Shown piece by piece: positions 39,282 through 51,448 of a DNA stretch of 64,000 nt. Source of the stretch: Candidatus Aceula meridiana (GTDB lineage Bacteria > Omnitrophota > Gorgyraeia > Zapsychrales > Aceulaceae). The position numbers and the translations under genes are program-made. The notes under the pieces are model-generated. The model worked only from the letters and a program-made list of their open reading frames with translations. It made no database searches and was not told where the DNA came from. Position 1 is the stretch's first letter. Each line of letters opens with the position of its first letter. The DNA lies in the NCBI GenBank assembly GCA_030765185.1, contig JAVCDE010000002.1, positions 853 to 64,852 on the forward strand. Reading direction: 5' to 3'.

Positions 39282-39932
39282 CTATATAACCATTCGTTTT
39301 GATAAAAATTCTTCTTCACTTGATGAGGTGAAAAAAAGATTTGTTTTCTTTTGTTCTTTTAAAGTCGCAGTTGGTGCAGCTCCATAAAAATGTCCTGGAT
39401 AAATGACAGTATCATCCGGTAATTTTCCAATAACATTATAGAGAGAATCATACATCGCATGAGGGTCTCCTCCAGGAAGGTCGCAGCGTCCGCATCCGTC
39501 TACGAATAAGGTATCACCGGTGATAAGGTGTCCTGGGACATAAAAACACTGGCATCCTGGCGTATGTCCTGGCGTAAAAATACACTCAATATTAATTTTT
39601 CCAATCTTAATTTTTTGATGATTTTTTACCTTCGTTAAATTTCGACAGTGAGGCAAGTAAAGATCCGATTCCTTTTCCGAAATATAAACGGGGACATCAT
39701 AAAGGGCTAACAGTTCATTAACGCCATCAGCATGATCATAATGTCCATGCGTTAAGAATGCGGCAACAATTTTTAAATCATCTTCTTCAGCTTTTTGTCG
39801 AAGAAATGGGATATCCCATGCGGGATCAACAACAGCAACCTCAGAGGTTGATTGATCTCCTACAAAATAAATATAATTTTGCATGGGTCCAACTTCCATT
39901 TGCTTAATAATAATATTTTTTTCAGCACTCAT
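39282..39932 (-). CDS. MBL-fold metallo-hydrolase (glyoxalase II/ETHE1-like)
   Basis: THGHYDHAD, TPGHTPG, TGDTLF..GCGRCD, YPGH. Confidence 0.88.
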   Translation of the reverse strand: MSAEKNIIIKQMEVGPMQNYIYFVGDQSTSEVAVVDPAWDIPFLRQKAEEDDLKIVAAFLTHGHYDHADGVNELLALYDVPVYISEKESDLYLPHCRNLTKVKNHQKIKIGKINIECIFTPGHTPGCQCFYVPGHLITGDTLFVDGCGRCDLPGGDPHAMYDSLYNVIGKLPDDTVIYPGHFYGAAPTATLKEQKKTNLFFTSSSEEEFLSKRMVI

Positions 39933-39957
39933 TGTAATCCTTTCTTTTTCTCAAGAT

Positions 39958-39985
39958 ATTATACGACTTTTAACTTTTTTGACAA
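39958..39985 (-). promoter_or_regulatory. sigma70 promoter for the MBL gene
   Basis: TTGTCA-N16-TATAAT on the minus strand. Confidence 0.55.
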
Positions 39986-40023
39986 CAAAAGTGTATTGAC
40001 ACTGAATTTTGTACTAGCAAAAT

Positions 40024-40195
40024 CCGCCCGCCGCACCGCATAAAATGTGGCGAGGTTTCGCTTTCTGCGAGGCTATGGGTAGGGCCGCAACGTCGCAACA
40101 AGTTGCGCTTGCAAGGTTACCCTAGCCGAAGACTTTTTGCATTTGAAGACCTTTATTTTATATTTTTAAGACGAGAAAAGCATTCAAATGCAAAA
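40024..40195. other. GC-rich, highly structured intergenic segment (candidate ncRNA or miniature repeat element)
   Basis: Long stem 40071-40127, a small hairpin near 40035-40050 and a 13-bp perfect inverted repeat at 40135-40147/40183-40195. Confidence 0.4.
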
Positions 40196-40201
40196 TTCGG
40201 G

Positions 40202-40229
40202 TTGACAGATAAGTAGTGCGGCTTATAAT
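40202..40229 (+). promoter_or_regulatory. sigma70 promoter for the thioredoxin-like gene and thiC
   Basis: TTGACA-N16-TATAAT. Confidence 0.7.
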
Positions 40230-40276
40230 GATATTTCCTTATACTTATAATAAAAATTAAAAAGAGAGGGCTCCTT

Positions 40277-42455
<2,179 letters not shown>

Positions 42456-42459
42456 GCTT

Positions 42460-44280
42460 TTAGGCGTTGTCGGTTGGATGGAAGGGATTACGGGGAGAAA
42501 ACTCTAAATTCTCAATCTTTTCTTTATAACCTTTAAGTTCTTCTAAAATTCTTTCTCGATTTTCTTTTGCCCCAGTTATGGCTTTCGTAAACAAATCCTG
42601 ATAATACGTTACTCCATCAAGCAAATTCTTCTTAAACTCAGAGAAATACTGAATCTGTTTCTCAGTCAGAGTGCATTTACATTTCTTCATTTGCTTAATC
42701 ATGGTGTCCATATACATAGTCAGCTCTTTAACAAACATATGAGGTCTGTATTTTTCATTTAAAGCGTTGAAACGACCATAAATATGACCGATCATTTCTT
42801 CCAAAGTCATAATCTTTGAGAAATAAGCAATATTTGGCCCAGGGCAAATAGCCGAATTAAGCTCTTTTTCTTTAGTCTTAATATTATTTTTAAGAAGAAT
42901 TCCTGCACCTAGGTCATGACAAATACATGTTTTGACAACAACTTCTTCAGGCGTTGTAATAGGCTCCTGTTCAGGAAACTTTTCAATCTGTTCAAGTTTA
43001 AGCTTCTGATATTGACGCGAAGCAAGGCAAACAGGACGATCTGTGAAATCAAAATTAAAAGTAAGATGATTTTTAGGACAGCTGCTCCCAGGATGACCTT
43101 CCTGAGTACGTTTTTCTTGAGCAAGATCGCTGAAAGAACCTCTGAGGTTTAAAAAAGGAACTCCTATTGGCGAAACATCGCTAACGTAAACATCATCTTC
43201 TTCGGCTACACGCAATTTTTCAAGGGTTGGCTCATCAACGTTTGCGACCTCCGGAACAAGCAAGAAGGGCGTTGCCCAGCCAGTGCCATCCACATGATAA
43301 TAATCTTGCAAGAATCTATCTTCTTCAAAGGTTCCGATGCCACCTTGAACCGTAATTTCTGGCTCTGGGGGAGCGTCGCACAACATTTTATTCTTAAGCT
43401 TTACCGTTTCTTGATAAACTTTAAGTATCCCCGAGAGAAGCTCATTTTTTTTATTTTTCATTTCTTCTAGAATTGGCCCTAGCAAAAATCCCTTAGAAAC
43501 AAACGCATGTCCACCGCAATTAAGACCCGATTCAATACGATACTCAGAAACCCATAAGCCTTTTTTCGCAAGAAATTTTCCTTGAGTGATGCAAGAGCGA
43601 TAATCACTCACTTTAAGAACAATTTTTTTCTTAATTTGCCCGGCCTTGTCACAATAAAAATCTTTAAAATTCTCAAGGTACCCGTACAGCTTCCTGTTAA
43701 AGCCTGCTGAAAGGACTAAGGCAGAGCTTAACGTACTTTTGGCGTATCCGCGTAACGCTGCCAAAGCATCAGAAAATTCTTCCGGAAGTTTTTCATTGTC
43801 AGGACCATAGCTTGTTGCATCCAGCTTGGTCATAATATTCACATCAATGCTGCCAGCCTCAACGCTTTCACGCAATTCGTTCTGAAGCTTTTTTTTCGTT
43901 AACTGATCTTCGGTTGAAAGCATGGTTTTGTAGAGCTTTTTAAAAGGGGAGAAATCCGGAAGCAATTCAAAATATTTTGTGATTTCGCTTCCTTTTTCAA
44001 AGGCTGAACTTTTAAGTTCAGCGGTTTGCCTTTTAACGATACGATCAATGAGATTCAGATATTCGGTGATGCGTCTTGCACGGCAATCCTCATCCTTTTT
44101 AGTAATGGCAACATATTCTTCCTTATAGCGCTCGCAATAAAATTTGCGTACATATTCAATAAGAGTGTCGTCTACAAGAGAGATGACAGAGGAGATCCCG
44201 TACTTAGCAACTTTTAAAGGTGTGTCGAGAGAAAATCCTGTCCCCATAACAGGGATATGAAACGTATGTATTTTTTTCAT
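42460..44280 (-). CDS. Conserved hypothetical protein of about 606 aa, possibly an FMN-dependent TIM-barrel oxidoreductase
   Basis: HTFHIPVMG, DVNIMTK, RIESGLNCGGHAF, VQGGIGT, GWATPFL, CICHDLG, CPGPN. Confidence 0.65.
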   Translation of the reverse strand: MKKIHTFHIPVMGTGFSLDTPLKVAKYGISSVISLVDDTLIEYVRKFYCERYKEEYVAITKKDEDCRARRITEYLNLIDRIVKRQTAELKSSAFEKGSEITKYFELLPDFSPFKKLYKTMLSTEDQLTKKKLQNELRESVEAGSIDVNIMTKLDATSYGPDNEKLPEEFSDALAALRGYAKSTLSSALVLSAGFNRKLYGYLENFKDFYCDKAGQIKKKIVLKVSDYRSCITQGKFLAKKGLWVSEYRIESGLNCGGHAFVSKGFLLGPILEEMKNKKNELLSGILKVYQETVKLKNKMLCDAPPEPEITVQGGIGTFEEDRFLQDYYHVDGTGWATPFLLVPEVANVDEPTLEKLRVAEEDDVYVSDVSPIGVPFLNLRGSFSDLAQEKRTQEGHPGSSCPKNHLTFNFDFTDRPVCLASRQYQKLKLEQIEKFPEQEPITTPEEVVVKTCICHDLGAGILLKNNIKTKEKELNSAICPGPNIAYFSKIMTLEEMIGHIYGRFNALNEKYRPHMFVKELTMYMDTMIKQMKKCKCTLTEKQIQYFSEFKKNLLDGVTYYQDLFTKAITGAKENRERILEELKGYKEKIENLEFSPRNPFHPTDNA

Positions 44281-44389
44281 AATTACACATAATATATCTA
44301 ATATTAATATTAATTGCAAGTTCTTTTATTAGTTTTTAAACAGGTTATTATTTGATTTTTTTAAAAGATTGCATTAGAATACACAAACA

Positions 44390-45484
44390 ATGAAAAAACA
44401 ATTTTATGACCAATTAGCCGAAAAAAGCCTTGATGGCGAGTTACTTTTAAGGCCACAATGCATTGAAATTCTTACATCCAAAGATATTGAACTTTTACCA
44501 CTTGTTGATGCGGCTTTTACTGTAAGAAAAAAGCACTGGGGCCGTGATGTCACTATCCACATCATAAATAACGTTCAAAATGGTCAATGCTCTGAAGACT
44601 GCCAGTATTGTGCGCAGTCAAGGTCTTCAAAAGCAGAAATTGACATTTATCCTATGAAGTCAGATGATGAAATCATTAAAGAGGCTGAAGCTGCGTATAA
44701 ATCAGGCGCTTTTCGCTATTGCATGGTTTTTTCAGGAAAGGGACAAGCTGAAAGCCGTATCGAACATCTCGTAGGATTAATCAAAGAAATCAAAGCAAGG
44801 TATCCCATAGAAGTTTGTGTTTCCCCAGGATTTGTTACTGAATCTCAGGCCAAAATTCTAAAGAATGCTGGCTTAAACCGATTGAATCATAACATCAACA
44901 CCTCTGAAAAATATTATCCTAAAATATGCACATCGCATCCATTTGCCAAGAGGGTTGAGACGCTTAATGCGGCAAAAAATGCCGATCTTGATATTTGCTC
45001 AGGTGTCATCGTGGGAATGGGAGAAGGCGAAGAGGACGTTGTTGACGCAGCATTAACGCTGCGAAGTTTTAAAAATGTGAAATCAATTCCAGTAAATTTT
45101 TTATTACCAATTGAAGGGAATGCTATCGTTAAGGCAAACCGTTTGACGCCTGAATATTGCCTGCGTGTTTTATGTCTTTATCGATTCTTAAATCCAGAAG
45201 CAGAAATACGTATTGCCGCCGGGCGTGAATATCATTTGCGTGATTTGCAAGCTTTAGCACTTTACCCAGCTAGCTCACTTTTTATGGATGGATATCTTAA
45301 CGCAAAAGGCTCCTCGCGTACCAAAACTCTACAGATGATTAAAGACGCTGGATTTACGATTAAATCCGACCAAAGTCTCGACGCTTTAATCGAAAACGAG
45401 CATAATATTAACGTAGCAAGCAAAAATGAAAAAATCCAAATGAAACGCTTTGACGACCTACATCCATCGTTCAAAAAAATTTAA
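44390..45484 (+). CDS. bioB: Biotin synthase
   Basis: CSEDCQYCAQS, LNHNINTS, CSGVIVGMGE, SIPVNFL, RIAAGRE. Confidence 0.93.
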   Translation: MKKQFYDQLAEKSLDGELLLRPQCIEILTSKDIELLPLVDAAFTVRKKHWGRDVTIHIINNVQNGQCSEDCQYCAQSRSSKAEIDIYPMKSDDEIIKEAEAAYKSGAFRYCMVFSGKGQAESRIEHLVGLIKEIKARYPIEVCVSPGFVTESQAKILKNAGLNRLNHNINTSEKYYPKICTSHPFAKRVETLNAAKNADLDICSGVIVGMGEGEEDVVDAALTLRSFKNVKSIPVNFLLPIEGNAIVKANRLTPEYCLRVLCLYRFLNPEAEIRIAAGREYHLRDLQALALYPASSLFMDGYLNAKGSSRTKTLQMIKDAGFTIKSDQSLDALIENEHNINVASKNEKIQMKRFDDLHPSFKKI

Positions 45485-45497
45485 AGGAGAAGTTTTT

Positions 45498-46442
45498 ATG
45501 TCGATTGAAAATGTTGTTATTATCGGTTCCGGTCCCGCAGGTCATGCCGCAGCGATTTATACCGGACGCGCACGACTAAATCCATTGATGTTTGAAGGAC
45601 TCATGGCAGGAGGTGTCGCGGCCGGTGGTCAATTGACAACAACAACTGAAGTAGAAAATTTTCCAGGGTTCCCAGAAGGTATCTTAGGTTCAGAATTAAT
45701 GAGTCGTATGCGTGAGCAATCTGCAAAATGCGATGCACGTGTTGAAACAAAAACAGTCGATAAAGTTGATCTAAAAACAAATCCCTTTAAAATCTCTTGC
45801 GGCAAAGAAACAGTTGAGTCAAAAACAATTATTATTGCAACAGGTGCGACAGCTAAAAGATTAGGAATCGAAGGGGAAAACAAGCTTTGGCAAAAAGGAA
45901 TTTCCGCCTGTGCAGTCTGCGATGGAGCATTGCCAATTTTTCGCGATAAGGTCGTAGGTCTTATCGGAGGAGGAGATGCCGCTTGTGAAGAAGCAACACA
46001 CCTAACAAAATACGCCAGTAAAGTTTTAATGTTTGTCCGTCGTGATGTTCTTCGTGCATCCAAAGCAATGCAAGAGCGTGTTTTAAATAATCCAAAAATT
46101 GAAATAATTTGGGAAGCTCATGTCGTCGAAGCTAAGGGAGATCAATTCTTAACACATTTAAGAATTAAAAGTGCTAAGACAGAAGAGGAAAAAGAATACG
46201 AAGCCTCAGGTCTTTTTTATGCTGTTGGGCACAAACCTAATACTAATTTTCTCAAAGGACAGCTTGAAACAGACGAGGCCGGATATATCATTACAAAACC
46301 CGGGACAACACAAACAAGCATTCCCGGAGTTTTTGCTTGTGGTGATGTTCAGGATAAAATTTATCGTCAAGCAATAACAGCAGCTGGTTCTGGCTGTATG
46401 GCAGCCTTAGAAGCCGACAATTATCTTAAAGAGCATGAATAA
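45498..46442 (+). CDS. trxB: Thioredoxin-disulfide reductase
   Basis: GSGPAG, GGQLTTTTEVENFPGFP, CAVCDG, GDVQD..YRQAITAAG. Confidence 0.97.
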   Translation: MSIENVVIIGSGPAGHAAAIYTGRARLNPLMFEGLMAGGVAAGGQLTTTTEVENFPGFPEGILGSELMSRMREQSAKCDARVETKTVDKVDLKTNPFKISCGKETVESKTIIIATGATAKRLGIEGENKLWQKGISACAVCDGALPIFRDKVVGLIGGGDAACEEATHLTKYASKVLMFVRRDVLRASKAMQERVLNNPKIEIIWEAHVVEAKGDQFLTHLRIKSAKTEEEKEYEASGLFYAVGHKPNTNFLKGQLETDEAGYIITKPGTTQTSIPGVFACGDVQDKIYRQAITAAGSGCMAALEADNYLKEHE

Positions 46443-47331
46443 TTCTTTTTTTTCTTCCGTTAAAAAGTGGTTTATGGCCATTCGGCCGAACTCTCTGATC
46501 CTTTCCAGCTCCTCAGTTTTGTTAGGTACAGGCATTGCTTTTGGCGATGGTGTAAATCATTGGCCAACTGCTTTAGCCGCACTTTCTGGTGCGTGGCTTT
46601 TGCACATTCTTGTTAATCTTGCCAATGATTATGGTGATTTCGAGAAGGGAGCAGACCTACAAGGAGAACATGACCCGATGAGAGGAATTCTTGTTGGAGA
46701 AATTTCTCAATCACAGCTGCGTAAAGCTATCTACTTCGTACTACTTTTTTTAACATTACCGTGTGCTTATCTTGTCACGCGCGCTGGACTACCTGTTATT
46801 TTAATTGCCTTTTTTTCTATTTTATCTGCAATTTTTTATACTATTGGAAAAAAACCGCTTGGCTATCGCGGCCTTGGAGATCTTCTCGTTCTTATTTTCT
46901 TCGGTCCAGTAGCCGTTGCCGGAACCTATTATGTTCAATCCTTAGAAATGAACCTTGCTGTTTTCTTGGCAGGATTTGCTCCAGGATTTTTTGCTGTTGG
47001 AGTTTTGACTATCAATAATATTCGCGACTACAAAAAAGATAAACGAGTCGGAAAAAATACTTTAGTCGTGCTTCTTGGTAAGAGTTTTGGAAAGACAGAA
47101 TACTTAAGTATCATCTTAATAAGCTCTTTAATTCCTGTTTTAATCTATGGACTTATCGACGACCACAAGAAAATTCTTTTTAGCAGCTTGATTTGTTTTC
47201 CTGCAATTTTTGTTATTAAGAATGTATTCGAAGATAAAGATAGGTCCTCAATGAACGCAGCCATTGGAATGAATGTTCTGCTTTGCCTTCTTTATTGTAT
47301 AATCTTCTCGATTGGGTGGATTCTTAGGTAG
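46435..47331 (+). CDS. menA: 1,4-dihydroxy-2-naphthoate prenyltransferase
   Basis: NLANDYGD..KGAD, GYRGLGD, NNIRD...D..VGKNTL; multi-TM. Confidence 0.92.
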   Translation: MNNSFFSSVKKWFMAIRPNSLILSSSSVLLGTGIAFGDGVNHWPTALAALSGAWLLHILVNLANDYGDFEKGADLQGEHDPMRGILVGEISQSQLRKAIYFVLLFLTLPCAYLVTRAGLPVILIAFFSILSAIFYTIGKKPLGYRGLGDLLVLIFFGPVAVAGTYYVQSLEMNLAVFLAGFAPGFFAVGVLTINNIRDYKKDKRVGKNTLVVLLGKSFGKTEYLSIILISSLIPVLIYGLIDDHKKILFSSLICFPAIFVIKNVFEDKDRSSMNAAIGMNVLLCLLYCIIFSIGWILR

Positions 47332-47830
47332 GTTCTTTTCCCCGCGCCATCAACACTTTTCCTGTACGTACCATTTCAATAAGCCCATATTTTCTCAATT
47401 TCTTTTCAAGCTCATTAAGTTCTGTTGTCGTGCCGGAATGCTCAATAATAGCAGAGCTGCTTGTCCTATCAACCACTTGGGCGCGATAAGGCTTAAGAAA
47501 TTTTTTAAGTGCTGTTATTTGTTGAGGCTTCACGCGAATTTTTAAAAGAGCAAACTCTTTTTCAATGGCGTTTTCAGGGCCATGCTCGCTCACATGTAAA
47601 ACATCGATCAGTTTATTCGCCTGCTTAACAATTTGCTCCAAAATAGTTAAATCCCCTTTAGCAGTAATTGTCATGCGAGAATATTTATTATTAAAAGAAG
47701 GGGAGACAACTAGAGAATCAATATTGTATCCACGCCTAGCAAACACCAATGCCACGCGCACCAAAACGCCTGGCTTGTTCGCTACTAAAAAACTAATCGT
47801 ATGAAGATTATTCAAGTTCTTTACTGACAT
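47324..47830 (-). CDS. ilvN: Acetolactate synthase small (regulatory) subunit
   Basis: NKPGVL.RV...FARRGYNIDSL ACT domain; EMVRTG. Confidence 0.95.
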   Translation of the reverse strand: MSVKNLNNLHTISFLVANKPGVLVRVALVFARRGYNIDSLVVSPSFNNKYSRMTITAKGDLTILEQIVKQANKLIDVLHVSEHGPENAIEKEFALLKIRVKPQQITALKKFLKPYRAQVVDRTSSSAIIEHSGTTTELNELEKKLRKYGLIEMVRTGKVLMARGKEPT

Positions 47831-47831
47831 T

Positions 47832-49577
47832 TTAAGCTCCTCCAGTTGGCTTTTCCAGTTGATGAGTTGGAGGTTCGATGATCATATGCTGGGCAGACTT
47901 ACCCGCTGGAATCATTGGAAAAACGTTTCCTTCTTTAACCACTTCACAGTGAATCAAGGCAGGGCCATTATGCTTAAACGCATCTGATAATGTTTTTGTT
48001 AAGTCTTTTGCGTTATCCACATGAAAACCTTTAACATAATAAGCCTCAGCAAGCTTGGCAAAATCTGGATTACCTTCCAAATCTACACCAGAAAGCCTGT
48101 TGTCAAAAAAAAGTTCTTGCCACTGACGGACCATTCCTAAATATTTATTATCGATGACAATAATTTTTACTGGCAATTTATGAATATGAATTGTTGCCAA
48201 ATCAAATAACGTCATCTGAAAACCACCATCACCAACGATAGCGAGAACAACATCTTTTGGGCAACCAAATTGTGCGCCTATTGCAGCTGGAAAACCGTAG
48301 CCCATAGTCCCAGCCCCACCAGAAGAGAGCCACTTATCTGGATAATCTGTTTTATAAAATTGAGCTGCCCACATTTGATGCTGACCTACGTCTGTCGAAA
48401 CAATAGCTTTACCTTTTGTTAAGCGATAAGCCTCGTCAATAACATGTTGAGCACTTAAACCTTTATCATCGTCGTAATGAAGGGCAAACTCTTTCTTTAA
48501 ATAATCAAGTTCACGAATCCACTCATCGCTATCAAGCTTGCTCACAAGCTTTGTTAACTCTTCTAAAACAATTTTAGCATCACCAATACAATATGCATCC
48601 GGCTTAACAATCTTTCCAATTTCTGCTGGATCAATGTCAATATGAAGTTTTTTAGCTGTTGGGCAAAACTCTTTTGGATTTGTGTTAATACGATCATCCC
48701 ATCGGGCACCAATAGCAATAATCAAATCGCACATTGTAAGAGCTTTATTGGCATAAGCAGTTCCATGCATACCTACCATGCCTAAAGAAAGCTGATGGCT
48801 TTCTGGAAATGCACCTTTCCCGAGAAGCGTCGTGATAACAGGCGCTGGAAGTTTTTCTGCAAATTTTTTGATAGCATCGCTGCCTTTTGAAATAATCACA
48901 CCGTGACCAACCATCAAAAGCGGCCTTTTAGACTGGTTGATATATTTCGCGAGCGTAGCTAGATCAGCTTTTTTGGGAGTAGCTGGCACATTATAACCCG
49001 GCAAATCCATATTTGGATCTAACTTTCCGGTGAACACTCCGGCGGTTACGTCTTTAGGCAAATCAATGATAACAGGTCCAGGCCGTCCAGTGCTTGCAAG
49101 ATGAAAAGCCTCTTTAAAAACACGAGGGAGGTCATTTGTTTCTCGTGCCAAATAGCTATGTTTAACAACTGACATTGTGCCCCCAAAAGTATCTGCTTCC
49201 TGGAATGCATCTTTTCCTAAGAGAGGAGTAACGCTTTGGCCGCAAAGAACCACTAAGGGCACTGAATCCATATGCGCAGTCATGATGCCGGTCACGGCAT
49301 TGGTTGAACCTGGGCCGCTTGTAACTAAAACTACGCCTGGCTTTCCGGTTGCTCGTGCATAACCATCGGCCATATGTGTGGCGCCTTGCTCATGACGAGT
49401 TAAGATAAATTTAATTTTTGATTCCAAAAGGGCATCAAAGATAGGGATAACGTTGCCACCAGGAATTCCAAAAATGTATTCCACGCCTTGGCGTTCAAGA
49501 CATTTGATAATGGCTTCTGCTCCAGTCATTTCCTGCGGTTTCTTTTTAGCTATTTTTTTCTTTTTTGGCATGATCAT
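47832..49577 (-). CDS. ilvB: Acetolactate synthase large subunit
   Basis: [42 protein letters not shown]. Confidence 0.96.
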   Translation of the reverse strand: MIMPKKKKIAKKKPQEMTGAEAIIKCLERQGVEYIFGIPGGNVIPIFDALLESKIKFILTRHEQGATHMADGYARATGKPGVVLVTSGPGSTNAVTGIMTAHMDSVPLVVLCGQSVTPLLGKDAFQEADTFGGTMSVVKHSYLARETNDLPRVFKEAFHLASTGRPGPVIIDLPKDVTAGVFTGKLDPNMDLPGYNVPATPKKADLATLAKYINQSKRPLLMVGHGVIISKGSDAIKKFAEKLPAPVITTLLGKGAFPESHQLSLGMVGMHGTAYANKALTMCDLIIAIGARWDDRINTNPKEFCPTAKKLHIDIDPAEIGKIVKPDAYCIGDAKIVLEELTKLVSKLDSDEWIRELDYLKKEFALHYDDDKGLSAQHVIDEAYRLTKGKAIVSTDVGQHQMWAAQFYKTDYPDKWLSSGGAGTMGYGFPAAIGAQFGCPKDVVLAIVGDGGFQMTLFDLATIHIHKLPVKIIVIDNKYLGMVRQWQELFFDNRLSGVDLEGNPDFAKLAEAYYVKGFHVDNAKDLTKTLSDAFKHNGPALIHCEVVKEGNVFPMIPAGKSAQHMIIEPPTHQLEKPTGGA

Positions 49578-49756
49578 TCTCGATAAATGGTTTAAATAAG
49601 AAACATATTTATAGCATAAACAGCCTTATCACGCAAACATTTTCCTTTCGTTATGTCTCTAAAAACACAAAAATGACTTTTCAGTTGACAGAATTAACCG
49701 ATGTGATTTAATACTGTCTTATAATCTTTTAATATAAAATAAGATTTAAGGACTTT

Positions 49757-51448
49757 ATGATGCTTGAAATCATTCAATCTCTTTTTGAAAAAATATCTCT
49801 TTTCCATATAAATATACTTTTTATTTTAGGATTAGCAATTTTTGGCGGAACCCTCGGAGGGCGCCTTTTTCAAAAGATGCGCATTCCCCAGGTTGTCGGA
49901 TACATTGTTATTGGGATTGTCTTTGGGAAATCCGGCCTTAATATTATTAGCTATCAAATGGTTGAAATTTTTCAACCGTTTAATTATTTTGCCTTAGGCT
50001 TGATCGGATTTATGATTGGGGGCGAATTAAAAAAGACAGTCCTAGCCCGCTATGGAAAGCAATTTTTTAAAATTCTTTTTTTTGAAGGGCTCTCAGCATT
50101 TGCTTTTGTTACAATCTTTGTAGGCATTGCCGGAACCTTTCTCTTAAAAGATGCTCCACTGGCATGGGCGCTCGGGCTTATCTTAGGCTCTATCGCGTCT
50201 GCAACAGCACCAGCGGCAACGACGGATGTCCTTTGGGAATACCGGACAAAAGGACCTTTAACAACAACGGTTTTGGGAATTGTCGCATTAGATGACGCCC
50301 TTGCTCTTTTTCTTTTTGCCATTGCTGCAAGCCTTGCCACAAGAATTATTGGGGCCTCTCATGAAACTATTTTATTATCTATTCTACATCCATTGTATGA
50401 GATAGGAGGAGCCATTTTTGTTGGAGGGGCATCAGGGCTTATTCTTATTAAGTTACTTCAAAAATATGGACAAAAAGAGAGAATGCTCACAATTTTTATC
50501 GGCATGGTTCTTTTTGTTCTTGGGCTAGCACAAGCAACCAATATCAGTATTTTGTTAGCCGCAATGATATTAGGCGCTGTTGTTGTAAACGGTGCTCCAC
50601 ACTTGTCAAAAGGAATTTTTCAGCTTGCGGAAGGTTTTACGCCACCAATCTATGTTTTATTTTTTGTTTTCGTTGGGGCAAAGTTAAACTTTTCCCATCT
50701 CACGCCCCTTATTCTTGCTTTAATCTTGCTTTACTTATTCGGAAGAACATTCGGTAAGATGTTAGGATCATTTCTCGGCGCGTATATTTCTCATGCGCCA
50801 AAAACTGTTCAAAAATATATTCCGTTTTGCCTCTTTAGCCAAGCTGGAGTCGCCATTGGGTTATCCATTGTAGCATCTAATCTTTTTCCAGAAGAATTAG
50901 GTAATTTAATTATTGTGATTGTTACAAGCTCCACCTTTGTTGTTCAGCTCATTGGCCCTCCATGCGTTAAATACGCTATTGTTAAATCAGGGGAAGCAGG
51001 CCTTAATATTACAGAAGAGGACCTGATTCACAAAACAAAATTGACTGATTTAATCGATAAAAAATTTCCTTTGATTGAAAAAAATACAACCCTTGGCCGC
51101 ATTTTAGAGATTTTCGAAAATAACCCTTATTTTTACTATCCGGTTGTTGATGATGACAAAAAACTTCAAGGAATCATCAGCATTGATACAATCCGTCAAG
51201 CTTTTATGTTTACAGATATTAGTAGTTTCCTTTTGGCTGTAGATATTATGGAACCTGCAAGAAAAAAAATCCTGCTAAGCGCACCGGCAGAGGAGGTAAA
51301 GCAATTTTTTGACCTTTACCATCTCGATTTTGTTCCGGTTGTTGATGAGACAGACAAAGTGATCGGCTGCATTGAAGCACGAATGTTTTATCAATTTATT
51401 TCTAAGAAAATGCTCGAAGCAGAACAAAAAGTTTTTTCCCTCGAATGA
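49757..51448 (+). CDS. Cation:proton antiporter with C-terminal CBS pair
   Basis: About 12 TM helices, ATAPAAT, VALDD, QAGVAIGL, and CBS motifs YPVVDD/VPVVDE. Confidence 0.88.
   Translation: MMLEIIQSLFEKISLFHINILFILGLAIFGGTLGGRLFQKMRIPQVVGYIVIGIVFGKSGLNIISYQMVEIFQPFNYFALGLIGFMIGGELKKTVLARYGKQFFKILFFEGLSAFAFVTIFVGIAGTFLLKDAPLAWALGLILGSIASATAPAATTDVLWEYRTKGPLTTTVLGIVALDDALALFLFAIAASLATRIIGASHETILLSILHPLYEIGGAIFVGGASGLILIKLLQKYGQKERMLTIFIGMVLFVLGLAQATNISILLAAMILGAVVVNGAPHLSKGIFQLAEGFTPPIYVLFFVFVGAKLNFSHLTPLILALILLYLFGRTFGKMLGSFLGAYISHAPKTVQKYIPFCLFSQAGVAIGLSIVASNLFPEELGNLIIVIVTSSTFVVQLIGPPCVKYAIVKSGEAGLNITEEDLIHKTKLTDLIDKKFPLIEKNTTLGRILEIFENNPYFYYPVVDDDKKLQGIISIDTIRQAFMFTDISSFLLAVDIMEPARKKILLSAPAEEVKQFFDLYHLDFVPVVDETDKVIGCIEARMFYQFISKKMLEAEQKVFSLE

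Noticed and set aside
40024-40195. SRP RNA, TPP riboswitch or tRNA-Sec identity for the structured spacer
   Set aside because: It lacks the SRP CAGG/GNRA/AGCA loop, the TPP CUGAGA core and tRNA arms, so it is left as unassigned.
49578-49756. Leader-peptide attenuator or T-box for ilvBN
   Set aside because: The probable promoter is close to the start, and there is no Ile/Leu/Val-rich mini-ORF or T-box sequence.
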